From a bacterium (GTDB lineage: Bacteria > Patescibacteriota > Andersenbacteria > UBA10190): DNA of 64,000 nt. The translations under genes and the position numbers were made by a program. Every line of letters begins with the position of its first letter. Positions within the stretch are counted from its first letter, which is position 1. Under the pieces are notes generated by a model. The model did not search any database and was not told where the DNA came from. It saw only the letters and a program-made list of their open reading frames with translations. Below, piece by piece: positions 18,474-27,427 of the stretch. The DNA lies in assembly GCA_043811915.1 (NCBI GenBank), contig JBDRMS010000005.1, positions 41,300 through 105,299 of the forward strand, read 5' to 3'.

Positions 18474-19409
18474 CATATCAACAATATCTCGGGCCGGGTT
18501 GCGTTTATCCCCTCGCGTTGGTTGCAAATGAAGTGTCAAATCAGGAGCCGAATTCAGTTCAATAATCCTGCCGATAGATGATTTTATATCAGGTGTTATG
18601 CAGTCAATCCCCACTACTGAAGCATCAAAAAGTTCAGCCACCCTCATCGCTTCAGATTTGATTGTCTCGCCAATTGTGTTCGTTATATCAACCACGGTAC
18701 CTCCTAAATGAGCGTTTACCGCCGCAGCCAGCACAACCTGGCGTCCCTTTTCCGGCACGCTTTCCAAATCCAAACCCTGTTTACTTAATATCTCGCTCAC
18801 CATCTCTCCCAATTTGACCCGGCGGCCAGCCGGCGCCGAATCATTTTTACTTTTTATCAGTTGTTCAACGTTACTCACGCCATCACTCGCCACTCCCGCC
18901 GCGAAACGCTGTACCGCATACACAATTCTTTTATCCAGTACTAGTAGTCGCATTTCCTGCCCGTCAACATGTTCCTGGCACACAACTCTTCGTTCGCCCG
19001 CACTACTCTTTTGCTCTCTGGCAAATTTCACGGCTCGAGCTACCTGGCCAGGCGTAGTTATGTTCGGAGTAACACCGTTGCCTTGTACTCCGCAAACCGG
19101 TTTGATTACAATTTTTCTGTGCTTTTCAAGAAACCTTAAAATCATATTCAAATCATCAGTATAAAGAGTAGCCGGCACCGGAAAGCCCAGCTGTTCAAGC
19201 ATATTTATAGCCAAAGCCTTGTTCGAGAAAATTTTGTAAGTAACACTGCCAGACTTATTAGAACAGCTTTGACAAACAAGTTCCCGGTGTCCATTCAGCT
19301 CCAATACCGCAATGTTTCGGTTTATATCCTCCATTGTTGTGGCCTTTATGCCACGCCGACAAGCCTCTTTGACAATAATTTCAGTATGTGCACTAATACC
19401 ATTCTGCAT
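18411..19409 (-). CDS. ATP-grasp domain ligase (cyanophycin-synthetase or D-Ala-D-Ala-ligase-like)
   Basis: The ATP-grasp segments are KIVIKPVCGVQGNGV, RVVCQEHVDGQEMRLLVLDKRIV and GIDCITPDI...IIELNSAPDL. Confidence 0.6.
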   Translation of the reverse strand: MQNGISAHTEIIVKEACRRGIKATTMEDINRNIAVLELNGHRELVCQSCSNKSGSVTYKIFSNKALAINMLEQLGFPVPATLYTDDLNMILRFLEKHRKIVIKPVCGVQGNGVTPNITTPGQVARAVKFAREQKSSAGERRVVCQEHVDGQEMRLLVLDKRIVYAVQRFAAGVASDGVSNVEQLIKSKNDSAPAGRRVKLGEMVSEILSKQGLDLESVPEKGRQVVLAAAVNAHLGGTVVDITNTIGETIKSEAMRVAELFDASVVGIDCITPDIKSSIGRIIELNSAPDLTLHLQPTRGDKRNPARDIVDMLFPETVADGFNLNGKTADKS

Positions 19410-19452
19410 AAAAGACTATTAAGATTCATTAAAGTACCACTACTCACCACCT

Positions 19453-20241
19453 TTGTCACTTATTATGTCGATTTCCGCCATAATTATCACTAAAAACGAG
19501 GCTCGCAACATTGCCCGCTGTTTGCGCAGCCTTAGCTTTACCGATGAACAAATCGTTGTTGATTCCTTCAGCCGTGATAGAACCATTCAATTGGCCAACG
19601 ACCTTGGCGCCTTGGTATTCAGTAAAGCATGGTCCGGCTACGGCCCGCAAAAAAACTACGGACGGGAACAGGCTGGGGACGACTGGGTACTTTCTATAGA
19701 CGCCGACGAAGAAGTAACACCAAAGTTAAGAAAAGAAATTATTGCCGCTGCCGGCCATGGCAACAAAAATTTTTACTGGTTGCGCATAGTCACAATTTTC
19801 CTTGGTCACCCGCTCAAGCATCTATACGGCCACAACATGCGCCTTTTCAGAAAAGACAGCGGCCAATGGACAAATTCATGCGTCCACGAACAAGTTATCA
19901 ATAAACAGGGTCAATTAATAAAGTTACATGACCGAAATTCCGCCGTTCTCAAGTCTCCGCTTCTTCATCACTCACACACAACTATAAACTCCTATCTCAA
20001 AAAGATGCACCGCTACACAACGCTGGACGCCCAACAAATGCACAAAACCGGTCGCCATCGCTCCGGCCGGCCGGTCCAACCCGCTTTTTATCTGCCTTAT
20101 TACTTGTGCCTCCGGCAATTCATCAAGCTATACTTCTACCGCCGCGGCTTGTTAGACGGCTACGCCGGCTTCATCTGGTGCGTTTTGTCAGCCTACTACG
20201 AATATGAAATGGCTAAAAAATACTTGAAACTATGCGCATAG
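19453..20241 (+). CDS. GT2 glycosyltransferase (WaaE/KdtX-like)
   Basis: ISAIIITKNEARNIARCL ... VVDSFSRDRT ... SIDADEEV is the pattern of the LPS-core-type GT2 family. Confidence 0.8.
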   Translation: MSLIMSISAIIITKNEARNIARCLRSLSFTDEQIVVDSFSRDRTIQLANDLGALVFSKAWSGYGPQKNYGREQAGDDWVLSIDADEEVTPKLRKEIIAAAGHGNKNFYWLRIVTIFLGHPLKHLYGHNMRLFRKDSGQWTNSCVHEQVINKQGQLIKLHDRNSAVLKSPLLHHSHTTINSYLKKMHRYTTLDAQQMHKTGRHRSGRPVQPAFYLPYYLCLRQFIKLYFYRRGLLDGYAGFIWCVLSAYYEYEMAKKYLKLCA

Positions 20242-21386
20242 TTCACAATTGCTTGCGTTATCCACCAGCTACCGGCGGGGTAGAAACATATGTTCAGGAA
20301 TTAGTTGAGCGCACCAGAAGTCTGGACGCTAATCGTGACGTGCGTGTTCTCACTAGTAAGTTGCGCACCCATCACCCCATCTCCGAACTAACTCCCGAAC
20401 TCCTGATCGCTGACCCCATGTATGTTCAACGCCTTCACCACCTGCGCACTCCTTTCTTCGCCTATCCCCGGCTCCAGGCCTTGCCATATTATTTAAATCA
20501 TCACGAGCCTGACATTATTCATGGGCACAGCTTTTGGTATCAACCCGCCGACACCGCAGCCCGTTTTGCCCAAAAACACAATATTCCATTCATTTTTCAC
20601 CCCTATTACTACCAGCATGGTGTCCGTCAAAAAGCCGGCTGGCAGCTGTACAAACGCACTATTGGTAAAAACACATTTGCTGCCGCTAACATTGTTGTTG
20701 TCATCTCGCCCTATGAGCAGTTGTTAATCGAAAAAGCTGGCTTTCCCGTTAAACGATTTGAACTTATCCCTCCCGGTATTGATTTACTCTCTTTCCAAAC
20801 CAGTCACGATAATCCCTTTGCCAAACGAAACATCACTGGCCCCACCCTTCTCTCTGTCGGCCGTATTGCTCATGATAAAGGATTCGACGATGTCGTAGCT
20901 CTTCTCCCCGTTCTCATCAAACAATTTCCTGCTCTGCAATATGCCATAGTCGGCGAAGATTTTGGTGCCAAAGAAAAACTTATCAGTGAGGCTCAAAAAC
21001 TCGGTGTTAAAGAACGCGTCCACTTCCTTGGTAAATTGCCGCAAAGTGAACTTATTGGCGCCTATCAGCATGCCATAGCCTTGGTTCACCCCAGTTACTA
21101 TGAGGCATTCGGCATTGTCATGGCTGAAAGCCTGGCAGCCGGAAATCCCATTGTCGCTCGCAATATAGCCGCCATACCCTTTGTCGTCCCTCATCAAAAA
21201 GCTGGCCTGCTGTTTAATAATAAACAGGAACTTCTTTATTCACTCACCAGCATCCTGTCTGATCGGGATCTACGAAAGAAATTAGCCAGTCAGGGTTTTA
21301 GGCATGTTCAACAAAACTTTACCTGGGACAAGTCAATAAAAAAACTGATTGCTTTGTACCAGGAATTTAGTACTAGCAATCAGTGA
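20232..21386 (+). CDS. GT4 glycosyltransferase
   Basis: The C-terminal E-x7-E region is PSYYEAFGIVMAESLAAGNPIVARNIAAIPFVV. Confidence 0.8.
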   Translation: MRIVHNCLRYPPATGGVETYVQELVERTRSLDANRDVRVLTSKLRTHHPISELTPELLIADPMYVQRLHHLRTPFFAYPRLQALPYYLNHHEPDIIHGHSFWYQPADTAARFAQKHNIPFIFHPYYYQHGVRQKAGWQLYKRTIGKNTFAAANIVVVISPYEQLLIEKAGFPVKRFELIPPGIDLLSFQTSHDNPFAKRNITGPTLLSVGRIAHDKGFDDVVALLPVLIKQFPALQYAIVGEDFGAKEKLISEAQKLGVKERVHFLGKLPQSELIGAYQHAIALVHPSYYEAFGIVMAESLAAGNPIVARNIAAIPFVVPHQKAGLLFNNKQELLYSLTSILSDRDLRKKLASQGFRHVQQNFTWDKSIKKLIALYQEFSTSNQ

Positions 21387-21811
21387 AGAAGCATAACTAG
21401 CGGCTCAACGCATTTGTTTGTTCCAGCCAGATGTTTGTATACCTCATCCATCATTGGCTGCCCGTCATGATGAACAATAACCTGTCCATTATCACCAACC
21501 AAGTGCTGCAGTCCATGATAATCATCATACCGGGCTACCAGAAATGCGATTTTTGGCTCCGGCCTAACATGAATCAGCATTGAAGCCAATCTTTTCATCT
21601 CCGGTGTGTCCGGTGGAAACACGTCGTCCAGCATCACACCATCCATTAGTCCTCTATTCTTCATATATTCCATCAAATCTTCAGGCTCAAGCGCCACCAC
21701 TTCGCAACCCAGTCCACATAGTTTGTCTGCCCAATCATGTCTTGCCTCGCAATTCGACGTTCTTGTTATGATAACAACAACACGTCGTCTTTCTCTGTCG
21801 TCTGGGAACAT
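21380..21811 (-). CDS. hypothetical protein, possibly receiver/flavodoxin-like; the only antisense gene in this stretch
   Basis: 143 aa. The alternating beta-alpha pattern (RVVVIITR...CEVVAL...MLDDVFPPDTPEM...IAFLVARYDD) loosely resembles a CheY-like fold but lacks its conserved acidic pocket. Confidence 0.35.
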   Translation of the reverse strand: MFPDDRERRRVVVIITRTSNCEARHDWADKLCGLGCEVVALEPEDLMEYMKNRGLMDGVMLDDVFPPDTPEMKRLASMLIHVRPEPKIAFLVARYDDYHGLQHLVGDNGQVIVHHDGQPMMDEVYKHLAGTNKCVEPLVMLLH

Positions 21812-21827
21812 TTTTTCGCTCCTTCAG

Positions 21828-21855
21828 TTGACAAAAGAACTGCCCTGTCTACAGT
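21828..21855 (+). promoter_or_regulatory. candidate sigma70-type promoter for the downstream GT9 gene
   Basis: TTGACA (21828-21833), a 16-nt spacer, then TACAGT (21850-21855). The first ATG is at 21863, so the transcript may be leaderless or have a very short leader. Confidence 0.3.
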
Positions 21856-21862
21856 AGAGCCT

Positions 21863-22894
21863 ATGGTTAGTAATATGTCAAATACCCCGAAACGGGTTCT
21901 TTTGCTGTCTTTATCCGGCATAGGCAATTTTCTCATGCAATCTCCCATTTGGCAGACGCTAAAGAAAAATCACCCGGACTGGGAAATAACTACGTGGGTC
22001 GCACCCCGTGGCACCAAACAACTGGCCGAAATAGATCCCGGCATAGACTGCATCATTGAAGCGCCAATCAAAAATTCAATTTTCGGACATCTCAACACTC
22101 TAAAATATCTGCGCCGTCACCATTTTGACATCGGCATAGTACTCTCCCCCGGCCAGCTCATCAAAAGTGCCGCTTATTTATTTCTCGCTGGCATTCCCAG
22201 ACGCATCGGGCATGCCTACCCGCTTTTTAACAATCCTCACAGTAAGCTTTTTCTCACAGACACTATCGATGAAAACGATAGCCTCCACGACATCGAACAA
22301 AATCTGCGGCTGCTAACACTAGTCGCGCCGGGATTGAAGAGGCGCGGCTTTTACCGGCTACCAGCCCCTAAAAAAACTCCATATAACGTTATATCGACTA
22401 ATCGCAGACTTGTCGGCTTTCATCCTGGTTCAGCCCCGCCCTTTCTCTGGAAACGCTGGCCGGCAGCCAACTTTGCCGCCGTCGGGCAAAGTCTAATTAA
22501 TAACCACAACGCACACATTCTTATCTTCGGCGGCCCTGATGAAGCCAAACTTCAAAAGGAATTAAAAACCAGGCTAGGCCAGCATAGCACAGTTATTAGT
22601 ACCAGCCTGTTAGCAACGGCTGCTCTGATGCGGCGCTGCCGGCTTGTTTTATCTAATGACTCCGGACTAATGCACCTGGCCGCCGCCAGCGGCGTCCCCA
22701 CCTTTGGCCTGTTCGGCCCCACCGACGAAAAACATACCGGTCCTCGCGGACCTAAATCATATGTAATTCGTGCACCAAGCACCAAACCGGTTTATGACAC
22801 GGAGAAAAACTACTATTTAGGCCCAAGGCCTCATCCCACCATAACGGCCATTACCCCCGAACAAGTTCTTGATAAAATTCTTCGTGTTGTGTAG
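21863..22894 (+). CDS. GT9 heptosyltransferase-family glycosyltransferase
   Basis: RVLLLSLSGIGNFLMQSPIWQTLKKNHPDWEITTWV matches the heptosyltransferase N-terminus. The C-terminal segment is SNDSGLMHLAAASGVPTFGLFGPTD. The start is at an internal Met downstream of the promoter-like element. Confidence 0.7.
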   Translation: MVSNMSNTPKRVLLLSLSGIGNFLMQSPIWQTLKKNHPDWEITTWVAPRGTKQLAEIDPGIDCIIEAPIKNSIFGHLNTLKYLRRHHFDIGIVLSPGQLIKSAAYLFLAGIPRRIGHAYPLFNNPHSKLFLTDTIDENDSLHDIEQNLRLLTLVAPGLKRRGFYRLPAPKKTPYNVISTNRRLVGFHPGSAPPFLWKRWPAANFAAVGQSLINNHNAHILIFGGPDEAKLQKELKTRLGQHSTVISTSLLATAALMRRCRLVLSNDSGLMHLAAASGVPTFGLFGPTDEKHTGPRGPKSYVIRAPSTKPVYDTEKNYYLGPRPHPTITAITPEQVLDKILRVV

Positions 22895-24092
22895 CCACGG
22901 TTTCCATATTCAAGCGTCTCGCCACCCAGGTGCGGGCCGCTTTTTGCATTTCACGCTTACTCAAATCCGGCATCGTCAGCGCCTCGCTTAATTTTTCAGC
23001 TAATTCGGCAACCGAGCCTCGCTCAAATAAAAGTCCAGTTATTTTGTCTTCAATTATCTCCCTTGGGCCTCCTGCATTGGCTGCCACTACAATTTTTCCT
23101 CTGGCAGAGGCTTCCGCCACCGTGCGCCCGAACGGCTCTATCCAAATATGCGGCGCCACCACTATATCAGACCGGTCATATATCAGTTGCATTCTGTCCC
23201 AGGGAACCCTGGCGACAAACTTTACCCGATACTGCAACCCCCAATTTTCAACCATCCGTTCATATTCGGCTCGCTGTGCTCCATCACCAACAATCTTCAA
23301 TTGAACATTTGGCAACGCCGAAGCCACTATTTTCCACGCTTCAAGCAACAACCCGACTCCCTTGTACATTTCTACCCTTCCCACGTACAAAACTGTCCCC
23401 TTTATGCCTTTACTTACCGGCTCCGACAAATATCGTTCCGCCACCGGGTTATATATAACTTTTGTTTTTACTTTTTCCAGATCTTGTAGCCGGGCGATTT
23501 CTTTCTGTTGTGCCCGGGAAATAAAAATTTGTGCCGGGAACTTTCTGAACGCCATTTTTCGATAACCGATATTAAACTTGTATTGCCAAATCCGAGCCAG
23601 CTTTCTGGGCAGCTTCGCCTCTTTTACCCGATGAGACCGCAACACATCACGCCAGCTACAGGTGCATCTACTGCCATCATAAAGAATATTATTTGTCGTT
23701 CCGCAAACCTGGGCATAATCTCGAGCCGTTGCAACAAGCAACGGCGAAGACCCGCCGAAGCCTTTAGCGAAGGCGGGCAACTCAGATAACGCTAATGCAC
23801 TCTTATAATCATGGGCGTGAATAACATCATACTGCGAAACATCACCAATCTCTTTTGCCAATACTTTGGCAACCTTTCGGCTATGCCGACGTTCCAGCAA
23901 GGGCTTAGCCGTCATCGGTATGGCCAGGCGAATCACCGGCACCCCGTCCACTTCCTTCAGCCCGGCCCCGCTGGAAATAATAGTAATGTCATGTCCGCGC
24001 CTTCTCAAACCTCGCGCAATCAAATGCGTCGACACTTCTCCCCCGCCCTTGGTCAGTGGCGGGTACAGAGCCGATACAAACAGAATCTTCAT
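22851..24092 (-). CDS. GT4 glycosyltransferase
   Basis: N-terminus MKILFVSALYPPLTKGGGE. C-terminus EPFGRTVAEASARGKIVVAANAGGPREII. Confidence 0.85.
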   Translation of the reverse strand: MKILFVSALYPPLTKGGGEVSTHLIARGLRRRGHDITIISSGAGLKEVDGVPVIRLAIPMTAKPLLERRHSRKVAKVLAKEIGDVSQYDVIHAHDYKSALALSELPAFAKGFGGSSPLLVATARDYAQVCGTTNNILYDGSRCTCSWRDVLRSHRVKEAKLPRKLARIWQYKFNIGYRKMAFRKFPAQIFISRAQQKEIARLQDLEKVKTKVIYNPVAERYLSEPVSKGIKGTVLYVGRVEMYKGVGLLLEAWKIVASALPNVQLKIVGDGAQRAEYERMVENWGLQYRVKFVARVPWDRMQLIYDRSDIVVAPHIWIEPFGRTVAEASARGKIVVAANAGGPREIIEDKITGLLFERGSVAELAEKLSEALTMPDLSKREMQKAARTWVARRLNMETVATQHEEFYQELVRG

Positions 24093-25225
24093 ATTAATTC
24101 TCTATAAACGCTCTTCACTTTATCAGCCGCTACATCCCACGAAAACTGCTTCGCCCGCTCCAGACCTTTTAACTGCAGGCTACTCGCGAAATTACTGTCT
24201 TCAAGGATTTTTTGGGTACTCACAGCCATGCCATCAATATCATCCGGGTTATGCTTCAGAGCAGCATCACCCACCACTTCCGGTAACGACGTGGCATTCG
24301 AACACACCACTGGCGTGCCGGCGGCAAAAGCCTGCAGCGGCGGCAAGCCAAAACCTTCAAACCTTGAAGGATAAATTAAAACATCGGCCAGGTTATACAA
24401 CTCATTCAGACGCTCATCAGACACGTTGCCTACAAAACGAACCGCCACCCGCAGTTTTAAGTCATCAATTTCTTTCAGTAATTGCTCTCGCCCCGCGGCA
24501 ATTCCAGGCTCCCCGACTTTCACAAATACAAGCTCTGGTATTTGTTCTTGTATTTTGGAAAAAGTCCTTATCGCTCCCACTACGTTTTTCCGCGGATGAT
24601 CAGAACCGATATATAAAATTACTTTTGCCTCATCCTGAAGCTTTAGTTCCTGCTTCAGGCTATGCGCCGCCACCGTTTGCATAAAGTTGTCTATTAAGTG
24701 AAACTCACCGCCCACACCATTTAAAACAACTGTGATGCGCTCTGCTGGCAGCTCATAAAAATCTTTCAATGTCTGCGCTGTATACTCCGAAACTGCAATT
24801 ATATGACTAGCGCGTTTTATGCCGTTATACAAATACTTGTTAATTAAATAAGCACTTTTAGTCTGTGGATCAAGTAATTCAATGACATCATGCACCGTCA
24901 CTACACTTGGAATACTGCCATCAACCAAGAAACTTAACGTCTGATTAGTTAGATGAATAATATCATAACTTTCTTTTTTTATCTCATTTTTTATTGTTTG
25001 TCCAAGCCGCACCCACCCCACAGTTTTTTTACCCAGTACTCCCGGCCATCTGGTAAAAACAGCGACTTGCCCGCCATTTTTTTTCACCGTCATCTCCTTT
25101 CCATCCATGTCAAACACATCCAGCTCAACACCACTTTGCGCCTTCAGCCGCCCGGCAATATTAACCGCCCGATGCCCCACCCCGGAATCATCTTTAGTAT
25201 TTATTATATAAGCTATTCTCATCAC
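24089..25225 (-). CDS. GT4 glycosyltransferase
   Basis: C-terminus EGFGLPPLQAFAAGTPVVCSNATSLPEVV. It overlaps its neighbours by 4 nt at each end. Confidence 0.85.
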   Translation of the reverse strand: MMRIAYIINTKDDSGVGHRAVNIAGRLKAQSGVELDVFDMDGKEMTVKKNGGQVAVFTRWPGVLGKKTVGWVRLGQTIKNEIKKESYDIIHLTNQTLSFLVDGSIPSVVTVHDVIELLDPQTKSAYLINKYLYNGIKRASHIIAVSEYTAQTLKDFYELPAERITVVLNGVGGEFHLIDNFMQTVAAHSLKQELKLQDEAKVILYIGSDHPRKNVVGAIRTFSKIQEQIPELVFVKVGEPGIAAGREQLLKEIDDLKLRVAVRFVGNVSDERLNELYNLADVLIYPSRFEGFGLPPLQAFAAGTPVVCSNATSLPEVVGDAALKHNPDDIDGMAVSTQKILEDSNFASSLQLKGLERAKQFSWDVAADKVKSVYRELI

Positions 25226-26286
25226 ACCTGTTTATACACCGCCGCTGTCTTTTCCGCCACCTCCTGCCAGGAAAATTGCCTGACGCGCGCCAGGCCCGTC
25301 TGTCTCATCTGTTTTCGCTTAGTCTGATCATTCAACACAGACAACATTTTTGCTGCCAGCGACTCTTCAAATTCAACATCTCGTGTCCGGGCTGGCAGGC
25401 TGTCCGTGCTAAACGGCACCACTTCTCCTGCCCGCCCAACCACTTCCGGCAATGCCCCGCCGTCACTAACAATCACCGGCGTGCCGCAGGCCATCGCCTC
25501 TTGCGGCGGGAAACCCCAGCCTTCGTAAATGGATGGCCAGACAAATAATTGAGCTCCGCTATACAACACCGGCAAATCATTGTCCTCCACAAAATCCAAT
25601 ATCTTCACCCGTCCCTGCATACTCTGCCCCTCAACCTCTCTTATGATATTTTTATAATCACTATCACGTCTGCCGGCAATTACCAGCTGATGCGGCACAT
25701 CATTCGCCATTCTAGCAAAGGCTCGAATCAGCAATGGCACATTTTTTCTGGACTCTAGTGTGCCGACAAATAAAACGTACGGCTTCTTTTGCTGTCCTCC
25801 GTCCAAGGTTAGCCTGAAGTGTTCCGTATCCACAGCCAACGGCGTCACCGTAATCCTATCTTCATGCACACCAAACGCGTGAATAATGTCTTCTTTACTG
25901 GTTTCAGAAATTGTAATTATTTGGTCGTTTTTATCGGCCGCCCGCTGCAATGCCCGCGGCCAATACAGCCGGCGTGTCAGCGTCTGTCCAGCCGGATAAA
26001 GCAGGGGAATAATATCGAAAATAGTTACCACCGTGGGTGCCATCTTTCTTTTTGGTACATCAGCCTTGGTAAAGTGCACCACGTCAGGCTTAAGCTTTTG
26101 TATAATCCGGGGCATTTGCCACTGTAGCCACAACGGCAGCAGCAGCTCATGCCGCGGCTTATCACTTATTACTATATATTCATTTCCGCTGTCCAGGCCC
26201 GGCAAATGTCTAATCAACTGCTCCGTGTATGTTTTAATTCCCCCTCCTCTGGCTTTGAGCGCCCTGGCTTCAATTGCTATCTTCAT
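25222..26286 (-). CDS. GT4 glycosyltransferase
   Basis: C-terminus EGWGFPPQEAMACGTPVIVSDGGALPEVV. Confidence 0.85.
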   Translation of the reverse strand: MKIAIEARALKARGGGIKTYTEQLIRHLPGLDSGNEYIVISDKPRHELLLPLWLQWQMPRIIQKLKPDVVHFTKADVPKRKMAPTVVTIFDIIPLLYPAGQTLTRRLYWPRALQRAADKNDQIITISETSKEDIIHAFGVHEDRITVTPLAVDTEHFRLTLDGGQQKKPYVLFVGTLESRKNVPLLIRAFARMANDVPHQLVIAGRRDSDYKNIIREVEGQSMQGRVKILDFVEDNDLPVLYSGAQLFVWPSIYEGWGFPPQEAMACGTPVIVSDGGALPEVVGRAGEVVPFSTDSLPARTRDVEFEESLAAKMLSVLNDQTKRKQMRQTGLARVRQFSWQEVAEKTAAVYKQV

Positions 26287-27427
26287 AATCTCTTACCGCT
26301 CGTATTAATACCTCCTCAAATTTTTTCGCCGTTTTTCCCAGATAAAATTCTTTTACTTTTTCTTTATTATTACTGCTCATTCTGGCTCGCAATTCACTAT
26401 CCTGCAGTAATCGCTCTACCGATGCCTTGAATTTACCCACGTCTCCGACCGGCACCAATAAAGCATTCTCGCCTTCCTGCAAAAAATCCCGTTGGCCGCC
26501 TCTATTTGTCGCCACAATTGGCAAGCCTGCTTCCATCGCCTCCAAAAAAACAATGCCAAAGCCCTCATGTTCGCTGGCCGACACGTAGCCTTGAGCCACT
26601 CGCAATAGTTGTTGCTTAGGCTCTTCTTCCAAATATCCCATCATATGCACTCGGCCTGCCAACCCCAGACTGGTAATTTTATTTTTTAAATCATTTGCCA
26701 TCGGGCCGGAGCCGACAATGGCCAGATGAGCCTCGGGTATTTCCTGCCAAACGGCCAGTAACGTCTCATAACTCTTGCGCGGTATCAATCGGCCAATCGA
26801 CACAAAAAGCGGCATCCCCCTGGGAAGATCTAAGACAGACCAGCCGGCCGGTGTCACTTGAGGCGGTAGCAGCCCAATATGCGTTACCACTATCGGTTTT
26901 TTTACTCCATGTATCTCTTGAGCTCGCTTTTTTGTATCCTCTGATATGGCAGTGCACACCTCTGCCTTTGCGGATATCAGACGAATCAACCAGCGCAACC
27001 ACCAATGCCGATGAGGAGACACCCCCTTACTGGGATCAAACAAGTCGCCACCAATGAAGCTCAACACAAACGGTACGCCGGTCCAGTACGCCAGGATACT
27101 TGCCGGTAAGCCAGAAGGCACTACAAACTGTGCATTAATAACGTCAAATCTAGTTTGTTTACTCAGACGCCAACCTCTAAACAGTGCCGCTGGTACAAAG
27201 GTAATTAAAGATACAAGGGAAGCCGTTGGTAAACTCGTCCGGCCTACCACCCGTACACGATGAACACTAACATCGTTTAACACTTCTTTATCTTTCAGCC
27301 CCTCATATCCGGTAGTTATCACGTGTACGTCATGTCTTTTTGCCAGAGTTTCCGCCAGCTGCTTCGTCGCTACCCCGCCCCCTCCTCCCAGCGGCGGATA
27401 TTCAAAATTAATGATCAGTATCTTCAT
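26270..27427 (-). CDS. GT4 glycosyltransferase
   Basis: N-terminus MKILIINFEYPPLGGGGGV. C-terminus EGFGIVFLEAMEAGLPIVATNRGGQRDFL. Confidence 0.85.
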   Translation of the reverse strand: MKILIINFEYPPLGGGGGVATKQLAETLAKRHDVHVITTGYEGLKDKEVLNDVSVHRVRVVGRTSLPTASLVSLITFVPAALFRGWRLSKQTRFDVINAQFVVPSGLPASILAYWTGVPFVLSFIGGDLFDPSKGVSPHRHWWLRWLIRLISAKAEVCTAISEDTKKRAQEIHGVKKPIVVTHIGLLPPQVTPAGWSVLDLPRGMPLFVSIGRLIPRKSYETLLAVWQEIPEAHLAIVGSGPMANDLKNKITSLGLAGRVHMMGYLEEEPKQQLLRVAQGYVSASEHEGFGIVFLEAMEAGLPIVATNRGGQRDFLQEGENALLVPVGDVGKFKASVERLLQDSELRARMSSNNKEKVKEFYLGKTAKKFEEVLIRAVRDYEDSN

